Assembly: GCA_001600815.1 (NCBI GenBank)
Contig: BCKZ01000008.1
Coordinates: 744,433-808,000 of the forward strand
Origin: Alloascoidea hylecoeti
Lineage: Eukaryota
Direction: 5' to 3'
Length of the DNA stretch: 63,568 nucleotides
Part shown: positions 13,276 through 23,407 of the stretch, one piece after another
Numbering within the stretch: the first letter of the stretch is position 1
Layout of the letters: each line of letters begins with the position of its first letter
Notes under the pieces: model-generated
Database searches by the model: none
Told to the model about the DNA's origin: nothing
What the model saw: the letters and a program-made list of their open reading frames with translations, nothing else
Made by a program: the position numbers and the translations under genes

Positions 13276-13740
13276 ATGTCACCTAACAAGCAAATGTTAA
13301 ATTTTTAGAACCCCAAGATTGGTAAAACAGGAAATGACTGCTATACAAAAGAATTTAAAAAAGAGATTATTGTATATCGAGATTAACCACAATGGAATTT
13401 TTTATCAAGAAAATACTAAATCCCACTATATTTGGTTAGATTTATCAGGATTATCAGGTAAAATTTCAAATGGTGATCCAAAAAATATGGATCGAACTAT
13501 ACATTGTAGTTAGAAGTAGAGGTCAGCCAAGACAAGTAATAAATGAAATGCGTAGATCAATCTGATCAACTATATACTCACAATCATTGTTAATAGTCTT
13601 AAGGAATCTATCACCAAGTGGTTCTAAATTGCTTATAAGATCTTTTGTTAGAGTTACACGCTACGACGAACTGATGTCAATTAATTTCTAATAAGACTTA
13701 AAAACTTTTATTTCGAATATAAATACTTTTATTTAACGTT
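13276..13740 (+). mobile_element. Possible pogo/CENP-B-like transposase relic
   Basis: A stop-riddled frame reads YTKEFKKEII..LSRKY*IP..LEVEV, and later ITKWF..YTLRRT, loosely like the pogo tandem HTH. Weak. Confidence 0.3.
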
Positions 13741-15960
13741 GACTAAATTTCGGCCAATAATAATTCTAAATTCGTGGTTGTGCTGAGAATCTACTTTTCT
13801 GATTTACTTCTCATAACTCTTGGTTAGCCTCTACTGTACTAAGTTCCGTCGCGTTTACTTCGAAGTTTACTCTACTTAAGGCATCTGCTGCTGAGTTGGT
13901 TTTACCAGGTATATACTTAATGGTAAAATTAAATTCCGCCAGGAAGTCTATCCACCTAGCAATTCTGCTTTTATTCAGTTGCTTTTGTTGGTGAATATAT
14001 TGTAATGAATTATGGTCTGTCTGTAACACAAAGTGGTTGTCCTTTAAGTAATATTCCCACTCCTTCAGTGCAAACACTACTGCCATAAATTCTTTCTCCC
14101 TTGTTGGATAATTCAGTTCTGCTTTCTGTAGTTTCTTTGACGCGTAGCCCACTACTCCTATCAGTTTACCATCTATTGTCTTTTCCTCTAGTGTAGCCCC
14201 TAATGATATATCGCAAGCGTCTGTAGTCACTATAAATACTCTATCACCTTGTTGTGGTATTTGTGGTACTACTAAAATTGGTTCAGACGACAATTTCTGC
14301 TTTAGTTCTTCAAAAGCTATGTCGCATTCTCCGTCCCACTCTCTGGCTTTGTTCGCGAATTCTATCATTGGTTTTGCTATCTTCGAGTACTGTGCGATAA
14401 ATCTTCTGTAGTAGTTTGCTAGTCCTAGAAATGATTGTGCCTCTTTATCGCTTTTGGGTACCGGCCATTCCCTAATGGTGGCTACTTTCTTGTTATCCGG
14501 CATGATCCCGTTGCTTGTGATTTTATGTCCTAAAAAGTCTAATTCCTTCAACATAAATGCACATTTCTTCTTCTTCGCTCGTAACTTGTTGGCTCTAAGT
14601 TTCTCCAATACCAGTTTTACATGTTCTTCGTGCTCTTTCTCGTTCCTTGAGTATATCAAGATGTCATCTAAATACACTATCACAAATTTGCCTTTAAACT
14701 CTGCTAACACATCATTCATAACGTACTGAAAGGTGGCCGGGGCATTGGTTAACCCAAATGGCATTACATTCCATTCAAAATGTCCCTCTTTCGTTGTGAA
14801 GCCTGTTTTTGCTCTATCTGATTCATTTATAACAATTTGGTGATAGCCCGACATCAAATCTAACTTCGAGAATACTTTCGCACCATGTAATTGATCTAAC
14901 AGGTCATTAATTACTGGTAAAGGGTACCTATTCTTAATCGTTTGGTTGTTAAGAAGTCTATAATCAACACATAACCTCATGCTACCATCTTTTTTCTTCA
15001 CAAACAATACCGGTGCCGAATATGGGGACTGTGACCTGGATATTGACCCATTCTCCAACAGCTCTCTTAGCTGTCGTTGTAATTCTTCATTATCCTTATA
15101 TGACATTCTATAAGGAGCCCTAGCCGGTGGTTTAGACCCTTCCATTATCTCTATGTTATGATAAAACTGGTGCTGTCTTTCCGGTACTCCTTTTGGTTGT
15201 ATATTTGTCACAACGTCTTCATATCCGCTCAGGAATTTAGGTAGCTCTGGTTCTGGTTTGGTTGATTCTATTACTTCGTTCACTTCCAACGGTTCTTCGC
15301 CTATGTCTTCAACTTTTAGTTGTACTCGTCCCCAGCTATTGTGTCTAATTTCTTTCAAAAATTCTTTTACACCAAGGGTTTGGCACTTAACTGACTCAGG
15401 TTCATTACTCCTGAGGTTGGGCTCACAGGTTCTACGATTAGTGAATAGTCTGCTTATATCTTTCAAAACTTCAAATACTTTATTATTATTTTTCTTTACT
15501 TCTTTATTTAAATTTTTAACTTCTTTACTTAAAATTTTAACTTCTTTAGTCTCTTCTTTCTTTTCTATATCTTTAACTATTTCTTTTGATGTGACAAGGC
15601 TTGGTTTTCTATTTTTCATGCTACTAAAATCGCATACATTATTTTTACATATAATTTTACTTGCCATATTTTCCTTTATAATCAGGCCCTTAACTCTGGG
15701 TTCTGATTCTTCTTTTCCTTTGGCATCTTGTTTCTTTTCTAAATCAATATTTTTTCTTCCACTCGCCATTGTGGGTCTTTTTTGGTTTTTATAATTTTTT
15801 TTGGTTTTTATATTTTTAACATTTTTTTCTATTTTTTCTGCCTTGTCTTTTGCATCATTCTTTTCTCTTGTATAACTCTCTATTTTATTTAGGTCTATTC
15901 CTTTGATCTCTGGCTGTTCCATGCTTAAAATCTTCTTTGGGTCTTCATCTTTCTGTTCTT
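13596..15960 (-). repeat. Left arm of 2365-bp inverted repeat
   Basis: Reverse complement of 16928-19292; paired positions sum to 32888. Breakpoints read directly, and all paired ORF translations are identical. Confidence 0.97.
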
Positions 15961-16458
15961 TATAAATGAATGGTCTTCCTAAATATACTTGGTGGCTGAG
16001 TCCTTCTGTGACCCAGAAATCCATCTTCCAGTACCTGTTTTCATATTTTAATTCTAACTTGACCACTCCTGTTACCAGCATCTCGTTACTAGCTTGTGCT
16101 GTGTTTAGGACCCTTGGAACCGCCAACTGCCGGACTGTATTTGAGGCACCCACCAATTCTACAGCGCGAGTATCTATTAACATTGAGGAACAACCAGAAT
16201 CTATAAGGCATGGCACTATTTTACCATTAATTTGGAAGGGAATTTCCTTTAACATCATGTTCAGGGGTACTTCTTCTTCAAAATCTTGACCTAATTCTGG
16301 GGTTCCCTTTGTACTACGCACTGTGGTACTAGCTGTTGTCACTATTACATCCCTTGGTCCCAACTTCGGTATCACCCTTGGCTGGGTCGGGTTGTCTTTC
16401 GTTAACAACTGGGGGCCTTTTATACCAATATTACCGGTCCTTCTTAATATTGGTTTCC
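13811..16458 (-). CDS. Ty3/gypsy Pol: protease, RT, RNase H; stops before integrase
   Basis: PR LIDSG..LGRPF; RT RLCVDYR..LN, SKLDLMSGYHQI, MPFGLTNAPATFQ, YLDD; RH TDAC..E..L..TDH..N..ADALSR. The frame is open upstream of 16408 and overlaps the gag end in -1. Confidence 0.95.
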
Positions 16459-16465
16459 TTTTGGG
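16425..16465 (-). promoter_or_regulatory. Putative -1 ribosomal frameshift signal (gag-pol)
   Basis: In-frame slippery heptamer C CCA AAA (16465-16459), 5-nt spacer, then 9-bp stem CCAATATTA/TAATATTGG. Confidence 0.7.
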
Positions 16466-16927
16466 CAGTTTTGCTTGCTGTGCCCTTTCTCATGGCAGTG
16501 GAAACATCTGCCTTCTCTCTTTAAAAGATTGAGTTCTTTCCAATTCAATCTTTTCCCGGGGGTCAGTGCTGCTACTGACATTTCCGTATCCCCGTCTGCA
16601 TCTATCCGTCTATCGCCATAGTTGTTATATCTATGTTGGGTCCCCCGTCGTCCTTCATTTCTGTAATCTGGTCTTCTGGGATTTCTATCCTGTCTCCAGG
16701 TATTTTCTCGGTAGACACGTTCTTGTCTATCGGTCAAGTGTCGTATTTCCTCCAGGCGGACCGCTTTTGTCATACAGTCTTCTAGTGAATCCGGACGGTC
16801 CTCATATAATTTGATTCTTGTGTAAGGCTTTAACCCATCTATGAACTGTTGTATTTTAATCGATTCTTCGATGGGAGGGACTAATCGTGAGAGTCGCGCG
16901 AATTCTGCTGCGTATTCACTGGCCGTG
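16444..16927 (-). CDS. 5'-truncated Ty3/gypsy Gag (capsid C-terminus and CCHC nucleocapsid)
   Basis: Open from 16926: TASEYAAEFARL..QFIDGLKP..LEDCMTKAVRLE, then CFHCHEKGHSKQNC (CX2CX4HX4C). Cut at the right-arm junction. Confidence 0.92.
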
Positions 16928-19292
16928 AAGAACAGAAAGATGAAGACCCAAAGAAGATTTTAAGCATGGAACAGCCAGAGATCAAAGGAATAGACCTAAA
17001 TAAAATAGAGAGTTATACAAGAGAAAAGAATGATGCAAAAGACAAGGCAGAAAAAATAGAAAAAAATGTTAAAAATATAAAAACCAAAAAAAATTATAAA
17101 AACCAAAAAAGACCCACAATGGCGAGTGGAAGAAAAAATATTGATTTAGAAAAGAAACAAGATGCCAAAGGAAAAGAAGAATCAGAACCCAGAGTTAAGG
17201 GCCTGATTATAAAGGAAAATATGGCAAGTAAAATTATATGTAAAAATAATGTATGCGATTTTAGTAGCATGAAAAATAGAAAACCAAGCCTTGTCACATC
17301 AAAAGAAATAGTTAAAGATATAGAAAAGAAAGAAGAGACTAAAGAAGTTAAAATTTTAAGTAAAGAAGTTAAAAATTTAAATAAAGAAGTAAAGAAAAAT
17401 AATAATAAAGTATTTGAAGTTTTGAAAGATATAAGCAGACTATTCACTAATCGTAGAACCTGTGAGCCCAACCTCAGGAGTAATGAACCTGAGTCAGTTA
17501 AGTGCCAAACCCTTGGTGTAAAAGAATTTTTGAAAGAAATTAGACACAATAGCTGGGGACGAGTACAACTAAAAGTTGAAGACATAGGCGAAGAACCGTT
17601 GGAAGTGAACGAAGTAATAGAATCAACCAAACCAGAACCAGAGCTACCTAAATTCCTGAGCGGATATGAAGACGTTGTGACAAATATACAACCAAAAGGA
17701 GTACCGGAAAGACAGCACCAGTTTTATCATAACATAGAGATAATGGAAGGGTCTAAACCACCGGCTAGGGCTCCTTATAGAATGTCATATAAGGATAATG
17801 AAGAATTACAACGACAGCTAAGAGAGCTGTTGGAGAATGGGTCAATATCCAGGTCACAGTCCCCATATTCGGCACCGGTATTGTTTGTGAAGAAAAAAGA
17901 TGGTAGCATGAGGTTATGTGTTGATTATAGACTTCTTAACAACCAAACGATTAAGAATAGGTACCCTTTACCAGTAATTAATGACCTGTTAGATCAATTA
18001 CATGGTGCGAAAGTATTCTCGAAGTTAGATTTGATGTCGGGCTATCACCAAATTGTTATAAATGAATCAGATAGAGCAAAAACAGGCTTCACAACGAAAG
18101 AGGGACATTTTGAATGGAATGTAATGCCATTTGGGTTAACCAATGCCCCGGCCACCTTTCAGTACGTTATGAATGATGTGTTAGCAGAGTTTAAAGGCAA
18201 ATTTGTGATAGTGTATTTAGATGACATCTTGATATACTCAAGGAACGAGAAAGAGCACGAAGAACATGTAAAACTGGTATTGGAGAAACTTAGAGCCAAC
18301 AAGTTACGAGCGAAGAAGAAGAAATGTGCATTTATGTTGAAGGAATTAGACTTTTTAGGACATAAAATCACAAGCAACGGGATCATGCCGGATAACAAGA
18401 AAGTAGCCACCATTAGGGAATGGCCGGTACCCAAAAGCGATAAAGAGGCACAATCATTTCTAGGACTAGCAAACTACTACAGAAGATTTATCGCACAGTA
18501 CTCGAAGATAGCAAAACCAATGATAGAATTCGCGAACAAAGCCAGAGAGTGGGACGGAGAATGCGACATAGCTTTTGAAGAACTAAAGCAGAAATTGTCG
18601 TCTGAACCAATTTTAGTAGTACCACAAATACCACAACAAGGTGATAGAGTATTTATAGTGACTACAGACGCTTGCGATATATCATTAGGGGCTACACTAG
18701 AGGAAAAGACAATAGATGGTAAACTGATAGGAGTAGTGGGCTACGCGTCAAAGAAACTACAGAAAGCAGAACTGAATTATCCAACAAGGGAGAAAGAATT
18801 TATGGCAGTAGTGTTTGCACTGAAGGAGTGGGAATATTACTTAAAGGACAACCACTTTGTGTTACAGACAGACCATAATTCATTACAATATATTCACCAA
18901 CAAAAGCAACTGAATAAAAGCAGAATTGCTAGGTGGATAGACTTCCTGGCGGAATTTAATTTTACCATTAAGTATATACCTGGTAAAACCAACTCAGCAG
19001 CAGATGCCTTAAGTAGAGTAAACTTCGAAGTAAACGCGACGGAACTTAGTACAGTAGAGGCTAACCAAGAGTTATGAGAAGTAAATCAGAAAAGTAGATT
19101 CTCAGCACAACCACGAATTTAGAATTATTATTGGCCGAAATTTAGTCAACGTTAAATAAAAGTATTTATATTCGAAATAAAAGTTTTTAAGTCTTATTAG
19201 AAATTAATTGACATCAGTTCGTCGTAGCGTGTAACTCTAACAAAAGATCTTATAAGCAATTTAGAACCACTTGGTGATAGATTCCTTAAGAC
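16928..19292 (+). repeat. Right arm of 2365-bp inverted repeat
   Basis: Mirror copy of 13596-15960. Confidence 0.97.
16966..19077 (+). CDS. 703-aa ORF: K/E-rich linker plus Ty3/gypsy RT-RNase H (no Gag, PR or IN)
   Basis: ATG-initiated and identical to the last 703 aa of the minus-strand Pol. Expression unknown. Confidence 0.7.
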   Translation: MEQPEIKGIDLNKIESYTREKNDAKDKAEKIEKNVKNIKTKKNYKNQKRPTMASGRKNIDLEKKQDAKGKEESEPRVKGLIIKENMASKIICKNNVCDFSSMKNRKPSLVTSKEIVKDIEKKEETKEVKILSKEVKNLNKEVKKNNNKVFEVLKDISRLFTNRRTCEPNLRSNEPESVKCQTLGVKEFLKEIRHNSWGRVQLKVEDIGEEPLEVNEVIESTKPEPELPKFLSGYEDVVTNIQPKGVPERQHQFYHNIEIMEGSKPPARAPYRMSYKDNEELQRQLRELLENGSISRSQSPYSAPVLFVKKKDGSMRLCVDYRLLNNQTIKNRYPLPVINDLLDQLHGAKVFSKLDLMSGYHQIVINESDRAKTGFTTKEGHFEWNVMPFGLTNAPATFQYVMNDVLAEFKGKFVIVYLDDILIYSRNEKEHEEHVKLVLEKLRANKLRAKKKKCAFMLKELDFLGHKITSNGIMPDNKKVATIREWPVPKSDKEAQSFLGLANYYRRFIAQYSKIAKPMIEFANKAREWDGECDIAFEELKQKLSSEPILVVPQIPQQGDRVFIVTTDACDISLGATLEEKTIDGKLIGVVGYASKKLQKAELNYPTREKEFMAVVFALKEWEYYLKDNHFVLQTDHNSLQYIHQQKQLNKSRIARWIDFLAEFNFTIKYIPGKTNSAADALSRVNFEVNATELSTVEANQEL

Positions 19293-19342
19293 CGGGTAAT
19301 ATAATATGAACAAACGATGTCACGTGTGTATATGGAGATATC

Positions 19343-19401
19343 TAGCTCGGACTCGGACTCGGGAGTACCCCGAAAATTCCCGAGTTTTTGCCCGAACGCT
19401 A
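19343..19401 (-). mobile_element. Probable hAT-type transposon terminus
   Basis: Minus strand begins TAGCGTTCGGGC, followed by clustered CCGAG/CTCGG subterminal repeats in an otherwise AT-rich context. Confidence 0.5.
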
Positions 19402-19403
19402 CT

Positions 19404-19802
19404 CTAGTCTCTACACTGTTTTACAGTTTGTTTCGCGATACTTGCTGGTGTTGAATCACGACTACTAATCGTCATGCGTGCTAAATGCCTTATAGATAGA
19501 GGTGTGGTGATTGGCTTTCTTCTACGGGTTTTAATCTTCTGAATAGCCTGGTGTTGACTGTTCAATCTTTTAAAGAACAACGTTGTTTTTTTAGAAATCT
19601 CAAGAATAGAAACACCAGAACCATTTCTTATGCTGTGCATTCTGATTTTTTCTTCTTCAGTGGAGCGTCTTTGGGTATGTTTGACCATTAGAAATATATC
19701 TATAGTTTTTTGTTATAAAAAGGAAAAAATTTATTTATAAAAAATAGGTGTTTCAGATCTACAACTTTTTTGGAGTTGGGGTCAAAAAAGTGTCCGAATG
19801 TG
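19404..19802 (-). mobile_element. 5' fragment of a Tc1/mariner element (end plus DNA-binding N-terminus)
   Basis: ORF GVSILEISKK..RRKPITTPLSIRHLARM..SSRDSTPASIA resembles the Tc1 paired domain. End CACATTCGGACACTTTTTTGACCCCAACTCCAAAAA resembles the end of the 1003-2309 relic. Confidence 0.65.
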
Positions 19803-19880
19803 AAAAAGAACAATTTTTACTACACATTTGGAAACATTTTCAACATCAATTCATTAAATATATAACAACATCACAAATGA

Positions 19881-21012
19881 CTACAAGGGTGAATTTTTGA
19901 GTAAATAAGACACACTTTCTCCATTATGTAATCTCCTAATACTTTCAGCAACAAAATTACTGATATCGATCATATCCAATTTGTGGCATAACTTAATCTT
20001 ATCATCAAATGGAACGGTATTTGTGCAAACAACTCTTTCAAGTTGTGATTTGTTTATAATTTCTATAGCCTTACCACTCAGAACACCATGTGTAACAATA
20101 GCAATCACAGATTTGGCTCCCTGGTTCATTAAAACATCAGCAGCTTTAGTCAATGTACCACAAGTATCAGCCATATCATCAACAATTATACATATATACC
20201 CTCTTACATCACCAACTAATATCATTCGAGAAATTTGATTATCAACTATTCTTTCCTTGTGAATCAGAGCAAAGCCTACCCCCAAACGATTCGCTATACT
20301 TGCAGCTCTTTTTGCACCACCAGCATCAGGTGAGATAATTTTTGCCCCCTTCCCTGCTTTGTATGGAATGTTTTCTTTTATATATTGGATGACGCTTGGT
20401 TCAGCATAAAGATTATCAACAGCTATATCAAAAAAACCTTGTATCTGGCTCGTATGTAAATCCATTGTAACAATATGATCACAACCAGCCGTTTGTAACA
20501 TTTCGGCGACAAGTCTTGCCGTTATAGTCACTCTCGATCTGTCTCTGCAATCTTGTCTAGCATAAGGGAAATTTGGTAAAACAGCAGTAATTCTTCTTGC
20601 TGAGGCTAATTTACAAGCATTAATCATTATCAACACTTCAAAAAGCTTGTCATTTACCTCACCAGACCCAATTTGTTGAAGAATATATACTAAGAAAAAA
20701 AAAATATTTAAATTAGAAGACGAAAGAATCAAAAAATCTAGAGAAGAACCTACCATCTTCATCTCTAACCGATTCGCCAACAGCAATAGAAATTTCATGA
20801 TTTGGATCATGCGTAACATCTACCTTTATAGGATTTATACCAAGTCTTATCAATGTTATTAGTTTTACTACTCTCTGTTGGTTTTGATTTTTTGGAGTAT
20901 GATGAGATGCAAATTTGTTTCATAATCAGAAATATACTAACCTTCTACCAACAAGTTTACCAAGCCTTCCATACTTATCATCAGCAAGCAATTTTATAGA
21001 GTTTGTAGACAT
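19881..21012 (-). CDS. PRS3: Ribose-phosphate pyrophosphokinase, Prs3-type; two introns (about 20941-20846 and 20753-20690)
   Basis: Spliced [71 protein letters not shown]. Confidence 0.9.
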
Positions 21013-21144
21013 TTATTAAATATTAAGAAAAAGAATTGTTTTTTTTTTAAAGAAAAAGTAAAGGAATAAATAGTTCTAGAAATAGCCACAGCCAATCACA
21101 CATTTAATTAATAATTATAAGCGACCATAGTTAGTTATCATGAT

Positions 21145-23364
21145 CTAGCGTCTGGCCTGCTGCTTCCGACGAATTGCTCCTTTTTTCTTCCCCTTTCCAT
21201 TCGTAGAAGATTCTGGTAATTGCCCAACCGTAAGAGATCCTTCAACCACTTCCTCCCCAGCATTAGCTAGCTTTTCTTGAGCTTCAAAATGAAACATGAG
21301 ATCTCGAATTTCCTCCTCAAGACATCCAATTTTTTCATCCTTGTTTTTGCTTTCTTCTGTAACAAACTGCAATTTTTCCATAAGTTGAGTACTAATTAAT
21401 TTCTCTTCCTTGTATTGCTTTTGTAACACATTACATAGTTCACGTAGTTTTGTGATTCGGACATTACTCTTATCTAATTCATGCATATATTTTGGAAGTT
21501 GACTAAGTTTCTCTTCAATTTCATCTCTCTGGTGGATGCTCTTATCAAGTTTTTCCTCAAATTCATCCAATGTTTTGGTCATCTTTTCGCTAAATGCGAT
21601 AGCTTCCGACGCCTTATCAACGGCCATAGAAAGCTTATCTTCATAATATTCTCTTTGTGATTCTAACTGAGACGTTAATAGATAAGTATATTCTAGACTT
21701 ATACCCTCAATTTTCTTAGATGTAGCATTTCCATCTTCATCACCATTATTATTACCGTTTGAATTAGATCCAGATGGGGATGGAAATTCTACCAATTTAC
21801 CATCGGCTTGATTTTGTAATAGTCTATGAACATAGTTATCGCCAACATAATCCCAAACTCTTTGCGAATCAATATCCATAGAGTAACAATGACCTGTTTC
21901 TGTGTAATGATTTATGGCATGTTTTTCATCATATCTACCACAACCGACATTACCACAAATTAAACATATCCATAAATTTTGAGTCTTTCCACAAGCACTA
22001 CAGGCTAGCCCTTCATCAGTTCTTTCGGTCTTATCCAGTAATTTATTTAATTTAGACTTAGAGGTGGAATATCGACAAACAGGGCAACTATCATCTGTCC
22101 ATTTACTTAAACAATGACAATGAAAAGTGTGTTGACAAGCAATAGTTATTAAGCCTGTAATATTTGAATCCATTCTTTCAAGGCATACAGGACATGTTGG
22201 AAGTTCTTTTAGAGCTTTACTTCTTGGTGGGGGAGGTCGTGTATCATCAATAAGTTTATCTGAGTTCGTTATCTCCTTGCGTTCATCTGTAATAAAAGGG
22301 TCTTCAAGTAGGTAAGGAAAATCAGAGCTATGATTAACCTGAGATCGAAACAAGATAGAATGAACATAAATAACATGACAGGTTTCGGGTTCCATTGAAT
22401 TAAATGTTTTCCCATTATATTGTTGATAAAATCTTTCCGCACTTTCATGTTCATTAAACTTCATCAACACCATATATCGATTCGGGGTAATAGAGCGAAT
22501 TAGTCTAACATGAGTAATATTATCTCTTGTATTTTGTCCAATAAAGCCTAATAAGTCAATTGCTGTAAAGTATCCAGGCACAGCAACGATAGCTACAATT
22601 GTTCCTGTTTCGTCTGTTGAATCTTTTTCATCATGTTTAAGATCACCATCTACTTCTTTTTCGTCTTCCTCAAATGATCTAAACAATCTTACCACCCCGT
22701 ATCCTAAAAGCCTTGCTTTCAGAGGTTCACTTGATAATGACACACTTGGTGTCTTTTTCTTAGTATCTATGGCTGACGCTTCCATTTTGCTTTGTTTTGA
22801 ATTTTCCAAGAAATCAATGGTTATAATTTCGACAGCACTGAATCTCCAATCAACAGATCCACCTTTTAGATATGATGACTTATCAGATAATTTATTATAG
22901 TTAGCAGTATAAGATTGCGAAACTTTAGCAGAAAGGGTTTCGATTTCTCTCTTTGTTCTTTGTTTGGGATTTTTGCTATCCGATGGGTTAAGCTCAAGGG
23001 AGTGGAAAAGATTTCTTGAATTATATACCTCTTGACACCAAGGGTCTACTTCTCTCTCGCAAATATGCCGTATAACTTGTAATCTAGGTGCTGATTCTGT
23101 TAAAGGCTTGTTGGAAGATGTTGTCTTGTGGTTGTGGTCGTGGTCGTTGCCGCTGGATTTTGTTATGATTAGATGATTCAAATAGGCCTGTGAAATGGGA
23201 TTACAGCTGATTAGGTCAGAAGGATTTAGAATATCAAAAATGACTGCGAATTTTGCCTTCTCTTTATCCATCGGAGATGTATGGCAAGAGAAATAAACAG
23301 TACTGGTAGTAGAAGAGAGAAGGTGGTGGTGGTGGTGTACTGTTACAACACTATAAAATTTCAT
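21145..23364 (-). CDS. ETP1: BRAP2/IMP-like RING plus UBP zinc finger protein
   Basis: BRAP2 domain NRYMVLMKF..FNSMEPETCH; RING CPVCLERMD..CQHTFHCHCL..CPVCR; zf-UBP WICLICGNVGCGRY; coiled-coil tail. Confidence 0.92.
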   Translation of the reverse strand: MKFYSVVTVHHHHHLLSSTTSTVYFSCHTSPMDKEKAKFAVIFDILNPSDLISCNPISQAYLNHLIITKSSGNDHDHNHKTTSSNKPLTESAPRLQVIRHICEREVDPWCQEVYNSRNLFHSLELNPSDSKNPKQRTKREIETLSAKVSQSYTANYNKLSDKSSYLKGGSVDWRFSAVEIITIDFLENSKQSKMEASAIDTKKKTPSVSLSSEPLKARLLGYGVVRLFRSFEEDEKEVDGDLKHDEKDSTDETGTIVAIVAVPGYFTAIDLLGFIGQNTRDNITHVRLIRSITPNRYMVLMKFNEHESAERFYQQYNGKTFNSMEPETCHVIYVHSILFRSQVNHSSDFPYLLEDPFITDERKEITNSDKLIDDTRPPPPRSKALKELPTCPVCLERMDSNITGLITIACQHTFHCHCLSKWTDDSCPVCRYSTSKSKLNKLLDKTERTDEGLACSACGKTQNLWICLICGNVGCGRYDEKHAINHYTETGHCYSMDIDSQRVWDYVGDNYVHRLLQNQADGKLVEFPSPSGSNSNGNNNGDEDGNATSKKIEGISLEYTYLLTSQLESQREYYEDKLSMAVDKASEAIAFSEKMTKTLDEFEEKLDKSIHQRDEIEEKLSQLPKYMHELDKSNVRITKLRELCNVLQKQYKEEKLISTQLMEKLQFVTEESKNKDEKIGCLEEEIRDLMFHFEAQEKLANAGEEVVEGSLTVGQLPESSTNGKGKKKGAIRRKQQARR

Positions 23365-23407
23365 CCATTACAATATATAGTTAGATATTTATTATTAATT
23401 TGCCCTC

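Noticed and set aside
14454..15794. ORFs 14454-14729 and 15258-15794 and their mirror copies
   Set aside because: Antisense shadows of pol.
16966..19077. Retron, DGR, group II intron or telomerase RT
   Set aside because: Motifs, the adjacent RNase H, protease and CCHC Gag are all Ty3/gypsy.
13596..19292. Two independent head-to-head Ty3 insertions
   Set aside because: No LTRs, PBS or TSDs. Both arms share the same truncation junction and foreign flank, so this is one duplication. An assembly artefact cannot be excluded without reads, but distinct outer flanks and a unique spacer argue against a simple fold-back chimera.
19319..19440. Point centromere (CDEI GTCACGTG, CDEII, CDEIII)
   Set aside because: The following DNA is GC-rich rather than an AT-rich CDEII, and CACGTG sites also occur at 8881, 12587, 35012 and ~43015.
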